Counted from the first letter of the stretch, positions 26,451 through 41,750 are shown. The stretch is DNA of 64,000 bases from Eledone cirrhosa (GCA_964016885.1 OZ024741.1:278008001-278072000), one strand, 5' to 3'. The notes: generated by a model from the sequence alone, not told the origin. Made by a program: numbers and translations.

Positions 26451-27364
26451 TGCCTTTCATTTTTAGTGAGAACCCTTTAGCAGCTAATAGTGGTATAAGC
26501 TCTCTGAACTTTTTCCAACCAGTTCTGACTCTAGCTACAGTACTTTCAGAGCACCCTCCCCCACTGCTGATTTTATCGCCCAGGTAACGGAAGCTGTCCA
26601 CTATTTCTATAGAACCCTCTGCGCAATTGAAAGAGCTAGTAGTTTGTGGGCACTTGCTGCTACTTATTGCACCAGAGCACCGGCCACATGTAAAATCTAT
26701 GTTCTTAGTTAGCTTACCTGTGATCCCACTACATCTTTTATGCACCCATACTTTGCATTTAGGACATAAAATGGAGTTTCTACCTACGCCTTTCCTACAC
26801 ACCGAGCACGACCATTTCCCAGAAGGGACCGCCGCCTTGTTTTCTTTCCTACAAACTAGTACTTTGGTCTTAGCCAGGTTAATTTTAAGTCCTTTTGACT
26901 CTAGGCCGTGCTTCCATGTTTGGAATTTCTTCTCTAGCTCGGCCATTGATTCCGCTATGAGTGTCAGGTCGTCTGCGTATAGGAGTTCCCATGGGCAGCC
27001 TGTCTTGAACTCCTCTGTTATAGCCTGAAGGGCAATAATAAATAGTAGTGGACTGAGAACAGAGCCCTGATGGACGCCAACTTTTACGCTAAACTCTTCA
27101 CTATATTCGTTGTTAATTCTAACCTTGCTGACTGTTTCTTTATACATGGCTTGTATAGCCCTCACAAGCCATTCGTCAACGCCTAGTTTTCTAAGAGCCC
27201 ACCAGATAATGGAGCGGGGGACTCTGTCGAAGGCTTTCTCCAAGTCGACAAAGCTAAGTAGAGGGGTTTACCTTTAGCTAGGTACTTCTCCTGTAGTTGT
27301 CGTACTATGAAAAGAGCGTCTGTGGTACTTTTGCCTGACACAAACCCGAACTGCATTTCATCTA
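26451..27364 (-). mobile_element. Young RTE LINE internal fragment lacking both 5' and 3' ends
   Basis: Encodes DEMQFGF through KMKG with a 1-bp frameshift at ~27250. Both ends abut (TA)n and there is no 3' tail. Confidence 0.95.
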
Positions 27365-28294
<930 letters not shown>

Positions 28295-29895
28295 CAGTGC
28301 CCCGCAAAAGTTTACAACACATTAGGAAAAATGCGGTTTTAGGTATTTTTAATGAAGTTAGGGTAATGAAAATTTAACTACCAATAGAACATATAATGAG
28401 GCATTTAATGATACAATCATAGTTTTTAAAAAATAACAAGGAAATAACACATGAAGAAAAATCAATATTTTTATAACGCAAAAGTTTACAACACATTTAT
28501 TAAAACATCTCTTAATATTTCGTAGCGTAACCTTTGTTGCTAATTACAGCCTGTAGGCATTTGGAGTAGCCTCCTACAAACTTCTTGCATGTTTCTTGGC
28601 TAATATTTATCCATTCTTCACAACAAATTTCTTTAGTTCAGGGTTATTTTGGGGTTTCCTTTTTTGAATTCTCTCCACAAAATTTCGATCGGGTTAAGAT
28701 CTGGAGACTGACATGGTCATTTTAGAACATTTATTCCATTCGTACTTAACCAAGATTGTGTTAGCTTTGCAGTATGCTTTGGATTGTTATCTTGTTGAAA
28801 AAACCAACCTGGCTTTAAGCTGAGAGAATGTGCACTTTGATGTAAATTCCTTTGGAAAATACCTCTATAATAAGTGCCACCCATTCTTCCTTCTATTATT
28901 TCAATATTTCCTACTCCTGTGGCACTAAAGCAACCCCAGACCATGATTGATCCACCTCCAAATTTTACAGTTGGAATAGTATTCTTCAGCGAATATTCAG
29001 TGCCTTTCTTTCTCCAGACTTTTGCCACAGCATTTCGACCAAAAAGTCAATTTTTGTTTTGTTCAACCAAAGTACATCTTCCCAAAATGACGCAGGTTTG
29101 AGGAGATGCTCATTTGCAAAATTTAATCGACGAAGAACGTGTTTCCTCGTAAGAAGTGGTGTTTTCCTTGGAGACCTCGAGAAGATATTATATCGACGAA
29201 GTGAACGACTAATTGTATCTGTGCTCACTTTTACTCCACTTTCTTCTAGGTCATCCTGAAGATTTTTAAAAGTACACCGGGGTTCGTTACCAACCTTTCT
29301 CATCCATAACCGAGCTGCACGTTCCGTTATCTTTCTAGGACAACCAGAACTAATTAGAGGACAGATGGAATAATGAGATTTCCAGTGACAAATTATTGTA
29401 CCAACTGAACTCAATGGCACATTTAACTGACAAGATATCTTTCTATAACCAACACCATTTGTATGAAGGTCTACAATGCGTTTGCAGAGGTCTTGGACAA
29501 TATGGGGAAAAATAAACTGATTGATCATGTTTACAGGACGGTTGTCAATGTTTACAGGATGGTTGTCAGACAAATAATGATGTAATGTTTTTAATAGTCC
29601 TTAGAAGTTACGTAAAACCTAATCTAGAACATTCTACTGAATTTTAAATCTGAAAATCTAAGAATTTTCTTGAAAAAAAGCGATAAATATAAAATGTGTT
29701 GTAAACTTTTGCGTTATAAAAATATTGATTTTTCTTCATGTGTTATTTCCTTGTTATTTTTTTAAAACTATGATTGTATCATTAAATGCCTCATTATATG
29801 TTCTATCGGTAGTTAAATTTTCATTACCCTAACTTTATTAAAAATACCTAAAACTGCATTTTTCCTAATGTGTTGTAAACTTTTGCGGGGCACTG
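28295..29895 (-). mobile_element. Tc1-family DNA transposon, IR/DR type, 1601 bp, transposase disrupted
   Basis: TA|CAGTGCCCCGCAAAAG...CTTTTGCGGGGCACTG|TA. TIRs are ~204 bp, each with outer and inner GCAAAAGTTTACAACACATT repeats. Motifs include TVKFGGGSIMVWGCF, FQQDNNPKHT and SPDLNPIE, with a frameshift near 29030 and stops. Confidence 0.96.
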
Positions 29896-30029
29896 TATGT
29901 ATATATATATATATATATGTATATATATGTATATATATGTATGTATGTGTATATATGTATGTATATATATATATGTATATATATGTATATATATATATAT
30001 ATGTATGTATATATATATATGTATGTATA

Positions 30030-30125
<96 letters not shown>

Positions 30126-30126
30126 T

Positions 30127-32291
30127 ATCATCATCATCATCATCAACGTTTAACGTCCGTGTTCCACGCTTGCATGGGTTTGGACGGGGGTAGTCCCACT
30201 TGAGGCAAGAGTGATTGTCTTGCTCGCATAGGACTGTCTGGCAGGTTTTCTACAGTTGGATGCCCTTCCTAACACCAACCACATTTACAGTGTGGGTCTG
30301 GGAGGTTTTTACCGTGTTGCCTACACGGCCACATTACAGCGTGGACTGTGTGTTTTTTTGTCGTGACACCTACACGATCTCATTTGTTTCGGTCTGGATG
30401 GCGCGGCACCAACATAACTTTACATAGAACGGGGTGGTGTGGATGGGGTGGGGGTGGCGGCGGGAGGGGTGTATTTTGTTAGATATGCCTACTGGCAAGG
30501 CGGGTCTTCTCTGTTACTGAGTACCGCCAAAGGTCACGGTCCAGTGACATTGTCTTGGAGAGGTGTAAGTGTGTGAGGTCGGAGTTTATCAGCTCATCCC
30601 ATGTTTTTCTAGGTCTGCCTATTCCGTGGCTACCGTCTATCTTTATTGCCCTGCACTTTGTAATACAGCTATCGACTTTCATGCGCATCACGTGTCCATA
30701 CCAACGCAGCCTTCTCTCGAGTAAACAACATCTGATCCCTCTTATCTCTAATTTTTTCCTTAGTTCGTTTATGCTTTGCCGTTCACGTATATTACTGTTA
30801 CACATCCAGCGGAGCATGCAAGCTTCGTTCCTCTCTAGTCTGCGTATATCCTCTGCACACAATGCCCAGGTCTCACTACCATGCAACATTGCTGTTCGTA
30901 TGCAGGCATCGTACAACCTGCCTTTCATTTTTAGGGAGAACCCTTTAGCAGCTAATAGTGGTATAAGCTCTCTGAACTTTTTCCAACCAGTTCTGACTCT
31001 AGCTACAGTACTTTCAGAGCACCCTCCCCCACTGCTGATTTTATCGCCCAGGTAACGGAAGCTGTCCACTATTTCTATAGAACCCTCTGCGCAATTGAAA
31101 GAGCTAGTATTTTGTGGGCACTTGCTGCTACTTATTGCACCAGAACACCGGCCACATGTAAAGTCTATGTTCTTAGTTAGCTTACCTGTGATCCCACTAC
31201 ATCTTTTATGCACCCATACTTTGCATTTAGGACATAAGATGGAGTTTCTACCTACGCCTTTCCTACATACCGAGCACGACCATTTCCCAGAAGGGACCGC
31301 CGCCTTGTTTTCTTTCCTACAAACTAGAACTTTGGTCTTAGCCAGGTTAATTTTAAGTCCTTTTGACTCTAGGCAGTGCTTCCATGTTTGGAATTTCTTC
31401 TCTAGCTCGGCCATTGATTCCGCTATGAGTGTCAGGTCGTCTGCGTATAGGAGTTCCCATGGGCAGCCTGTCTTGAACTCCTCTGTTATAGCCTGAAGGG
31501 CAATAATAAATAGTAGGGGGCTGAGAACAGAGCCCTGATGGACGCCAACTTTTACGCTAAACTCTTCACTATATTCGTTGTTAATTCTAACCTTGCTGAC
31601 TGTTTCTTTATACATGGCTTGTATAGCCCTCACAAGCCATTCGTCAACGCCTAGTTTTCTAAGAGCCCACCAGATAATGGAGCGGGGGACTCTGTCGAAG
31701 GCTTTCTCCAGGTCGACAAAAGCTAAGTAGAGGGGCTTACCTTTAGCTAGGTACTTCTCCTGTAGTTGTCGTACTATGAAAAGAGCGTCTGTGGTGCTTT
31801 TGCCTGACACAAACCCGAACTGCATTTCATCTAGATCAATTCTCTCTCTGATTAGTTGCGCTATTACTTTTTCCGTGACCTTCATGACCTGGTCGATTAA
31901 TTTAATGCCTCTATAGTTACTCCTATCTAGGGCGTCTCCTTTACCCTTATAACAGTTAACGATGATGCTGCTATGCCAGTCCTTCGGAACAACCCCATTC
32001 TGTACGACTTGGTTAACTATGCGGGTGACCATGTTGTGTCCCACCGTGCCAGATGCCTTCAGCATCTCAGCAACTATTTCCGAAGGCCCAGCCGCCTTAC
32101 CAGTCTTCATATCCTTGATTGCCTTACTTATTATACTCCCCTCGACTAACACTGCTGGTCCCTCTATCGGGTCGATAAGGGGGAGACTGTCTTTCTCCCA
32201 TTTATTCTCCTCATTTAGTAGCCTTTCATAGTGACACTTCCAAGCTACCTTCTTATCAGTGTCGGTGATGGCAAGTATGCCATCATCGTTA

Positions 32292-32292
<1 letters not shown>
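30127..32292 (-). mobile_element. Young RTE LINE, 5'-truncated, subfamily B (ORF ends TRLASRHI*)
   Basis: Open RT frame 30479-32290 ([30 protein letters not shown]), 3' UTR and (GAT)n tail. Confidence 0.96.
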
Positions 32293-32327
<35 letters not shown>

Positions 32328-32468
32328 GTATATAGATATATGTATATATATATGTGTATATATATATATATATATATGTATATATAACGAAGGAAATGTG
32401 GTAAGGAACCAGGTGGACCATAACGCACCAAAGTACTCAATACTTAGGGTAGTAGAGTGGGTAATAGA

Positions 32469-32574
32469 AACAAGTAAGACCCCGACGGCTAGGCTCAAGC
32501 CGTTTCCAGAATTAGCCGTTTCCAGAATTAGCCGTCGAAACGGCTTGAGCTCAGCCGTCGGGGTCTTACTTGTT
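32469..32574. repeat. Hairpin made of two inverted hammerhead 3' halves (Penelope-like end)
   Basis: Arms 32469-32506 and 32537-32574 are near-perfect reverse complements. Each reads GAAA-cggct...agccg-TC-ggggtc. Confidence 0.65.
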
Positions 32575-32648
32575 CCTATATGTATATATATATATATGTG
32601 TATATATATATATATGTGTATATATATATATATGTGTATATATATATA

Positions 32649-32709
<61 letters not shown>

Positions 32710-32715
<6 letters not shown>

Positions 32716-33305
32716 ATGCGCATGAAAGTCGATAGCTGTATAACAAAGTGCAGGGCAATAAAGATAGACGGTAGTCACGGAATAGGCAGACCTAGAAAAA
32801 CCTGGGAGGAGCTGATAAACTCCGACATCACACACTTACACCTCTCCAAGACAATGTCACTGGACCGAGACCTTTGGCGGTACTCAGTAACAGAGAAGAC
32901 CCGCCTTACCTAAATATATAGTAAAACCTACTCCAACCAGTAGGCATCTCTAACAAAATACACCACGTCCCACCACCACCACCCCCACCCCATCCACACC
33001 ACCCCGTTCTATGTAAAGTTATGTTGGTGCCGCGCCATAGGCCGAAACAAATGAGATCGTGTAGGTGTCACGACAAAAAAACACACAGTCCACGCTGTAA
33101 TGTGGCCGTGTAGGCAACACGGTAAAAACCTCCCAAACCCACACTGTAAATGTGGTTGGTGTTAGGAAGGGCATCCAACTGTAGAAAACCTGCCAGACAG
33201 TCCTATGCGAGCAAGACAATCACTCTTGCCTCAAGTGGGACTACCCCCATCCAAACCCATGCAAGCGTGGAACACGGACGTTAAACGTTGATGATGATGA
33301 TGATA
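32710..33305 (+). mobile_element. Young RTE LINE, short 5'-truncated copy, subfamily A (ORF ends TRLT*)
   Basis: HVMRMKVDS...TRLT*, followed by the 3' UTR and (GAT)n. Confidence 0.95.
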
Positions 33306-33309
33306 TATG

Positions 33310-33358
<49 letters not shown>

Positions 33359-33371
33359 GTATATATATATG

Positions 33372-33420
<49 letters not shown>

Positions 33421-33435
33421 GTATATATATATATG

Positions 33436-33498
<63 letters not shown>

Positions 33499-33535
33499 GT
33501 ATATATATGTATATATATGTATATGTATATATATG

Positions 33536-33718
<183 letters not shown>

Positions 33719-33800
33719 GTTATTCCGGGTTGAATCGGAGGTAACCACAGTAACTAAGGTACTCAATACATAGCAGAGTATAACAGTTTTAATATAGATG

Positions 33801-33851
33801 AGATTCTACAGGACTAGAACTGTTTCATTCATTTGAAATCATCAGGAATCT
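33801..33851 (-). ncRNA. Type I hammerhead ribozyme motif (inverted duplicate of 42915-42965)
   Basis: Exact reverse complement of the motif at 42915. Confidence 0.75.
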
Positions 33852-34497
33852 GGGTATCAAAAAATAAATATGGTATTTATAGGTCTCTACAAGTGGTAGG
33901 AGAGGGTGGGGAGTGGGATGGGTGCAGGTCATTGGTTGATAGAAAAGGGAATTCATTAAAAGCTAATTCTACAAAGCTATAGTTTATTTTTATTTTTATT
34001 TATTTATGTTTTTAGAGTAACAAGGGCAGACAGAATTCTATAAACAGGTTCCGGATGGCCTACCATTCCTTGTCAATAAGTTTCTCTTAAGCTAACAGAT
34101 GTCTATAAAATCAGTGGGGGGTCAGTCATAGTCAATAGAATTAAAGAAAAGGGAGATTCTTTAAAAGCTAAAGTCATTAAGGTTCTACTAAGTGACAAAG
34201 GTCTACAGAATTCTGCAGACAGATTCAAAATACTGAGTGCATATCTTACTATTATCTTCGAACTTCTCTTAAACTAATCAACTATATGCCAAAAATCAAC
34301 AGACACATTCACAAAAAAGCAAAACAACAAAAAAAAAAACAAAAAAACACACATACTCACTCACACACTTACGCGCAACCATAAACACACACACAAACAC
34401 ATATACACACATAAAAACACACACACATATATATAAATATATATTCATGTACACACACGTACATACAGACATACATACACACATACATATATAATAC

Positions 34498-34552
<55 letters not shown>

Positions 34553-34577
34553 TATATAAAAATATATACACATATAT

Positions 34578-34620
<43 letters not shown>

Positions 34621-34948
34621 TACACACACATACACATACATACACACACACGCACATATATATATACACAAATAAATACACTCACACGCATACATACAAA
34701 CACGAATATACATGTATATACACACAAATACACAGACATATATACATACACAAACATATATATATGTATATACATACATATATATATATATATATACACA
34801 CATATATATATATATATATATATACATACATACATATATATATACACACATACACCTACATATATACACACACATACGTATACATATATATATATACACA
34901 TACATATATACATATACATATACATACATATATACACATATATACATG

Positions 34949-35019
<71 letters not shown>

Positions 35020-35157
35020 ACCCATACACACACATATATATATATATACATATACACACACATACACACAAACACACACACACATATATATATACACAAA
35101 TACATATATATATATACTCATATATATAACCATATACATATATACATACATACACAT

Positions 35158-35210
<53 letters not shown>

Positions 35211-35393
35211 CACACACAAACAAATATATACACATACAAACACACATACATACATACATACATACATACATACACATATATATATATATATACACACACA
35301 TATACACATATATATATATATACACGCACACACATATATACACACACACATATATACACACACACACACACATGGATATGTATAAACATCTAT

Positions 35394-35460
<67 letters not shown>

Positions 35461-35564
35461 TACATATACAAACATACACAGACCTATACATAAATATACA
35501 CATATATATACAGACATATAACGCATATATACACACACATATACATATATATATATTTATATAT

Positions 35565-35597
<33 letters not shown>

Positions 35598-35670
35598 CAC
35601 ACATACATATATATATATATACACACACACGCGCATACACACATACACACACACACAAATATATATACAC

Positions 35671-35704
<34 letters not shown>

Positions 35705-35767
35705 GAAGTAATTCCATCGGAAAAGTCCAGGAAAAAAGAGTGCTCTATGTAAGCAACAGAGCTTAAT

Positions 35768-35963
35768 TATTATTATTATGTAATAAACAACATAAGGCAA
35801 TTATTCCATTTACCAGTGGTTTCTTAAAAGCAAAAGGTTTTGCTTTCAATCCTCAGAATGAAAAATCCTGGATTTTTCATTCTGAGGATTGAAAGCAAAA
35901 CCTTTTGCTTTTAAGAAACCACTGGTAAATGGAATAATTGCCTTTTGTTGTTTATTACATAAT

Positions 35964-35970
<7 letters not shown>
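35768..35970. repeat. ~200-bp near-perfect palindrome centred on 35869, with a hammerhead on each arm
   Basis: aaaaatcc-t-ggattttt centre with about one mismatch over ~100-bp arms. Confidence 0.92.
35874..35934 (+). ncRNA. Minimal type I hammerhead ribozyme
   Basis: tttcatt-CTGAGGA-[ttgaaagcaaaa cc ttttgcttttaa]-GAAA-cca c tgg-TA-aatggaa. A mirror copy lies on the minus strand at ~35804-35864. Confidence 0.75.
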
Positions 35971-36002
<32 letters not shown>

Positions 36003-36049
36003 CATACACACATACACAGACACATATATATACACATATATACACACAT

Positions 36050-36110
<61 letters not shown>

Positions 36111-36341
36111 CACATACATATACACATATATATATATATATATACACACCTGCCCACACAACTATATACATATACATATATATATATACAAATACACATA
36201 CATATATATATATATATACACACACACACACGCACACACATACATACATACACACACACACATACATATACATATATATATATATATATACACACACATA
36301 TATACACACATACATACATATACATATATATATACACATAC

Positions 36342-36372
<31 letters not shown>

Positions 36373-36445
36373 TACACATACACATACATATACATACATA
36401 CACACACATACATACATACATACACATACATACACATATATACAT

Positions 36446-36492
<47 letters not shown>

Positions 36493-36875
36493 CATACATA
36501 TACACAAGCATATACATACATATACACACATAAATATACACACATAAAACACATATACACACAAACATATATATATACACATATATAAATATATATATAT
36601 ATACACACACACACATACACATATACACACATACAAACAAATATATACACATACAAGTAAATAGGTACTGAATAAATATACGCATATACGCAGGCACATA
36701 AAGACACCTCTACAGGCAGAAAATGTAGATAGGAAAGAGGTACTCACATAACCATAGTGGCCGTATTTCAGGTTGAGGAGGGGTGGGGGTAGGGTGGGGA
36801 GGAGGTATAGGGGCCAATAGGGTGAGGTCGTTTTTAGCCATCGGGCTATATGTATATATATATATGTATGTGTAT

Positions 36876-36959
<84 letters not shown>

Positions 36960-37070
36960 ATGTGTGTATATATGTGTATATATATGTATATATATGTGTA
37001 TATATATGTATATATATGTATATATATGTGTGTGTATGTGTATGTGTGTATGTATGTATGTGTGTGTATG

Positions 37071-37118
<48 letters not shown>

Positions 37119-37312
37119 GATAAATCTAACAAGAGTTTACGGTAGTGTCCAATCCGTATGAAGAACTCAATGTAGTCCGGATATCATGGAAAGAAGAGAT
37201 GCAATGAAAAATCACTTTCGGTGAAAGATAAACGGAATACAGAGTCAAGATAAAATATTTAAAAAATAATGAATAAAACAATGAAACAGTTCCTTATATT
37301 AAACAAAAAAAG

Positions 37313-37467
37313 TTCATTATTTAACGATCGTTTCTAGGATATATATGTGTTAGAATTGGCATGCATATTCAACAGATCTATGTACAAAATTATACAAAAT
37401 TATACAAACTATCAAGATTAAATATACATACCAAACACACATATATGCCGTCTTCAGAAATAATGAA
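37313..37467 (-). ncRNA. Hammerhead ribozyme motif with long stem II insertion
   Basis: Minus strand: ttcattattt-CTGAAGA-(~115 nt)-GAAA-cgatcg-TT-aaataatgaa. Stem I is a perfect 10 bp and stem III is palindromic. Confidence 0.65.
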
Positions 37468-37474
37468 ATATATT

Positions 37475-37513
<39 letters not shown>

Positions 37514-37514
37514 A

Positions 37515-37555
<41 letters not shown>

Positions 37556-37591
37556 ATATATATTTGTGTGTGTGTGTGTATGTGTGTATGC

Positions 37592-37625
<34 letters not shown>

Positions 37626-37634
37626 GTATGTGTG

Positions 37635-37697
<63 letters not shown>

Positions 37698-37796
37698 GTA
37701 TATGTGTGTGTATATATGCGTTATATGTCTGTATATATATGTGTATATTTATGTATAGGTCTGTGTATGTATGTGTATGTTTGTATATGTATGGAC

Positions 37797-37871
<75 letters not shown>

Positions 37872-37963
37872 GATGTTTATACATATGCATGTGTATGTGT
37901 GTGTGTGTGTATATATATGTGTGTGTGTATATATATGTGTGTGCGTGTATATATATATATATA

Positions 37964-38018
<55 letters not shown>

Positions 38019-38075
38019 ATGTATGTATGTATGTGTGTGTGTGTTTGTATGTGTATATATTTGTTTATATGTGTG

Positions 38076-38108
<33 letters not shown>

Positions 38109-38249
38109 ATATGTGTGTATGTGTATGTACGTATATATGTATGTGGTTATATATATGAATGTATATATATATATGTATTTGTGTATATATACATGTGTGT
38201 GTGTGTTTGTGTGTATGCGTGTGTATATGTATATATATATGTGTGTGTA

Positions 38250-41200
38250 TGGGGTTTATGGCTAACATAACCCCATCGCCCCCCGCCCCTCACCGCCCCC
38301 AACCCCCAAACGCAATCCAAAACTTCAGAGTTGGTACCATAAATGTAGGCACCCTAAAGGGTCGCGCTAACGAGGTTGTAGAAATGCTTGAACGTAAGGA
38401 GGTCGATGTTTGTTGTATTCAAGAGACCAGGTGGAGGGGTGGGTCTGCTAGGTTCATTGAGGGTAAAAAACGATGTTATAAGCTTTTCTGGGTGGGAAAC
38501 GACGATGGGCTGGGTGGAGTAGGAATCATGGTAGCAGAAAAGTGGGCAGATAAGATAATAGACGTAAATAGAGTGAACGACAGAATAATTAAAATACGAC
38601 TTGTCCTCAATAGAACTACGGTGACAGTAATATCTGCGTACGCACCCCAATCCGGACTGCCCGGCACTATAAAAGACAGATTCTATGAGACACTGATGCT
38701 AACTACCTCCCAAATATCCGACAGTGACTATATAATTATCGCAGGCGACCTAAATGGTCACGTTGGACAACATTGTGACGGCTACGACGAAATCCATGGA
38801 GGCTATGGGTTTGGTACTAGAAATGAGGAAGGCTCCAGAATCCTGGAATTCTGTGATGCAAATAACCTAACTATCTGTAACACTAACTTCAAAAAACGTG
38901 ACAATCACCTGATCACCTATAGATCCGGGGAACACACAAGCCAGGTAGATTATATCCTTACCAGAAGACGTGACAGAGTGTCTGTTGTTAACACTAAATC
39001 CCTCCCCCATGAAGAATGCACCTCCCAACATAGACTGATAATTAGCGACCTCATAGTCAGGACGAGACGTACTCGACAACAGAAGAGGACTATCCTCAGG
39101 AGGAAAATATGGAAGCTAAAGGACCCCACAGCCAGGAATAAATTTCAAAGCATATTACTTGATGCTTTCGACAGTAAGGAAGAACATTTAGAGTCGGACA
39201 ATATAGAGGGAGAGTGGGAATTTCTGAAAGCAAACCTGCTGTTGGCGACAGACGAGGTCTGTGGCTGGAGCAGGCCTGTAGGCAGGAGGAGAGTAACATG
39301 GTGGTGGAACAGTAAGGTGGAGGGGTCAATTAAGGCCAAAAAGCAGGCTTGGAAAGTATGGCGGGATGGGGGAAGTAGAGAGGACTATCAAGTGGCCAGG
39401 AGGGAAGCTAGGAGACAAGTGTACTTAGCAAGAAGGGAAGCTGAGGAAAGAAAGTTCAAGCATGTTCTACAACGCGATGACCAAAAACGTGAGGTGTTCA
39501 GGATTGCTAGGCAATGCGTCAAGGAAAACCGTGATATTGTCGGGGAGAAGTGTGTACTAAACGACGATGGCACACTTGCCATCACCGACGCTGATAAGAA
39601 GGTAGCTTGGAAGTGTCACTATGAAAGGCTACTAAATGAGGAGAATAATTGGGAGAAAGGCAGTCTCCCCCATATCGACCCAATAGAGGGACCAGCAGTG
39701 TTAGTCGAGGGGAGTATAATAAGTAAGGCAATCAAGGATATGAAGACGGGTAAGGCGGCTGGGCCTTCGGAAATAGTTGCTGAGATGCTGAAGGCATCTG
39801 GCACGGTGGGACACACCATGGTCACCCGCATAGTTAACCAAGTCGTACAGAATGGGGTTGTTCCGAAGGACTGGCATAGCAGCATCATCGTTAACTGTTA
39901 TAAGGGTAAAGGAGACGCCCTAGATAGGAGTAACTATAGAGGCATTAAATTAATCGACCAGGTCATGAAGGTCACGGAAAAAGTAATAGCGCAACTAATC
40001 AGAGAGAGAATTGACCTAGATGAAATGCAGTTCGGGTTTGTGTCAGGCAAAAGTACCACAGACGCTCTTTTCATAGTACGACAACTACAGGAGAAGTACC
40101 TAGCTAAAGGTAAACCCCTCTACTTAGCTTTTGTCGACTTGGAGAAAGCCTTCGACAGAGTCCCCCGCTCCATTATCTGGTGGGCTCTTAGAAAACTAGG
40201 CGTTGACGAATGGCTTGTGAGGGCTATACAAGCCATGTATAAAGAAACAGTCAGCAAGGTTAGAATTAACAACGAATATAGTGAAGAGTTTAGCGTAAAA
40301 GTTGGCGTCCATCAGGGCTCTGTTCTCAGCCCACTACTATTTATTATTGCCCTTCAGGCTATAACAGAGGAGTTCAAGACAGGCTGCCCATGGGAACTCC
40401 TATACGCAGACGACCTGACACTCATAGCGGAATCAATGGCCGAGCTAAAGAAGAAATTCCAAACATGGAAGCACGGCCTAGAGTCAAAAGGACTTAAAAT
40501 TAACCTGGCTAAGACCAAAGTACTAGTTTGTAGGAAAGAAAACAAGGCGGCGGTCCCTTCTGGGAAATGGTCGTGCTCGGTGTGTAGGAAAGGCGTAGGT
40601 AGAAACTCCATTTTATGTCCTAAATGCAAAGTATGGGTGCATAAAAGATGTAGTGGGATCACAGGTAAGCTGAACATAGATTTTACATGTGGCCGGTGCT
40701 CTGGTGCAATAAGTAGCAGCAAGTGCCCACAAACTACTAGCTCTTTCAATTGCGCAGAGGGTTCTATAGAAATAGTGGACAGCTTCCGTTACCTGGGCGA
40801 TAAAATCAGCAGTGGGGGAGGGTGCTCTGAAAGTACTGTAGCTAGAGTCAGAACTGGTTGGAAAAAGTTCAGAGAGCTTATACCACTATTAGCTGCTAAA
40901 GGGTTCTCACTAAAAATGAAAGGCAGGTTGTACGATGCCTGCATACGAACAGCAATGCTGCATGGCAGTGAGACCTGGGCATTGTGTGCAGAGGATATAC
41001 GCAGACTAGAGAGGAACGAAGCTTGCATGCTCCGCTGGATGTGTAACAGTAATATACGTGAACGGCAAAGCATAAACGAACTAAGGAAAAAATTAGAGAT
41101 AAGAGGGATCAGATGTTGTTTACTCGAGAGAAGGCTACGTTGGTATGGACACGTGATGCGCATGAAAGTCGATAGCTGTATAACAAAGTGCAGGGCAATA

Positions 41201-41747
41201 AAGATAGACGGTAGTCACGGAATAGGCAGACCTAGAAAAACCTGGGACGAGCTGATAAACTCCGACATCACACACTTACACCTCTCCAAGACAATGTCAC
41301 TGGACCGAGACCTTTGGCGGTACTCAGTAACAGAGAAGACCCGCCTTACCTAAATATATAGTAAAACCTACTCCAGCCAGTAGGCATCTCTAACAAAATA
41401 CACCCCGTCCCACCACCACCACCACCCGATCCACACCACCCCGTTCTATGTAAAGTTATGTTGGTGCCGCGCCATCGAGGCCGAAACAAATGAGATCGTG
41501 TAGGTGTCACGACAAAAAAACACACAGTCCACGCTGTAATGTGGCCGTGTAGGCAACACGGTAAAAACCTCCCAGACCCACACTGTAAATGTGGTTGGTG
41601 TTAGGAAGGGCATCCAACTGTAGAAAACCTGCCAGACAGTCCTATGCGAGCAAGACAATCACTCTTGCCTCAAGTGGGACTACCCCCGTCCAAACCCATG
41701 CAAGCGTGGAACACGGACGTTAAACGTTGATGATGATGATGATGATG

Positions 41748-41750
<3 letters not shown>
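38250..41750 (+). mobile_element. Young RTE LINE, near full length (5' UTR apparently missing), subfamily A
   Basis: Intact ORF, ~370-bp 3' UTR and (GAT)n tail, inserted in a complex TA/TG microsatellite. Confidence 0.96.
38258..41353 (+). CDS. RTE LINE ORF: APE endonuclease, reverse transcriptase and PHD-type Zn finger, ~1031 aa, uninterrupted
   Basis: [41 protein letters not shown]; [25 protein letters not shown]; [16 protein letters not shown]. The upstream 33 codons in the ORF track are microsatellite. Confidence 0.96.
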   Translation: MANITPSPPAPHRPQPPNAIQNFRVGTINVGTLKGRANEVVEMLERKEVDVCCIQETRWRGGSARFIEGKKRCYKLFWVGNDDGLGGVGIMVAEKWADKIIDVNRVNDRIIKIRLVLNRTTVTVISAYAPQSGLPGTIKDRFYETLMLTTSQISDSDYIIIAGDLNGHVGQHCDGYDEIHGGYGFGTRNEEGSRILEFCDANNLTICNTNFKKRDNHLITYRSGEHTSQVDYILTRRRDRVSVVNTKSLPHEECTSQHRLIISDLIVRTRRTRQQKRTILRRKIWKLKDPTARNKFQSILLDAFDSKEEHLESDNIEGEWEFLKANLLLATDEVCGWSRPVGRRRVTWWWNSKVEGSIKAKKQAWKVWRDGGSREDYQVARREARRQVYLARREAEERKFKHVLQRDDQKREVFRIARQCVKENRDIVGEKCVLNDDGTLAITDADKKVAWKCHYERLLNEENNWEKGSLPHIDPIEGPAVLVEGSIISKAIKDMKTGKAAGPSEIVAEMLKASGTVGHTMVTRIVNQVVQNGVVPKDWHSSIIVNCYKGKGDALDRSNYRGIKLIDQVMKVTEKVIAQLIRERIDLDEMQFGFVSGKSTTDALFIVRQLQEKYLAKGKPLYLAFVDLEKAFDRVPRSIIWWALRKLGVDEWLVRAIQAMYKETVSKVRINNEYSEEFSVKVGVHQGSVLSPLLFIIALQAITEEFKTGCPWELLYADDLTLIAESMAELKKKFQTWKHGLESKGLKINLAKTKVLVCRKENKAAVPSGKWSCSVCRKGVGRNSILCPKCKVWVHKRCSGITGKLNIDFTCGRCSGAISSSKCPQTTSSFNCAEGSIEIVDSFRYLGDKISSGGGCSESTVARVRTGWKKFRELIPLLAAKGFSLKMKGRLYDACIRTAMLHGSETWALCAEDIRRLERNEACMLRWMCNSNIRERQSINELRKKLEIRGIRCCLLERRLRWYGHVMRMKVDSCITKCRAIKIDGSHGIGRPRKTWDELINSDITHLHLSKTMSLDRDLWRYSVTEKTRLT

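Noticed and set aside
36710-36845. Pro-rich MAKNDL... stretch resembling the RTE N-terminus
   Set aside because: The similarity is only low-complexity proline content and no endonuclease motif follows.
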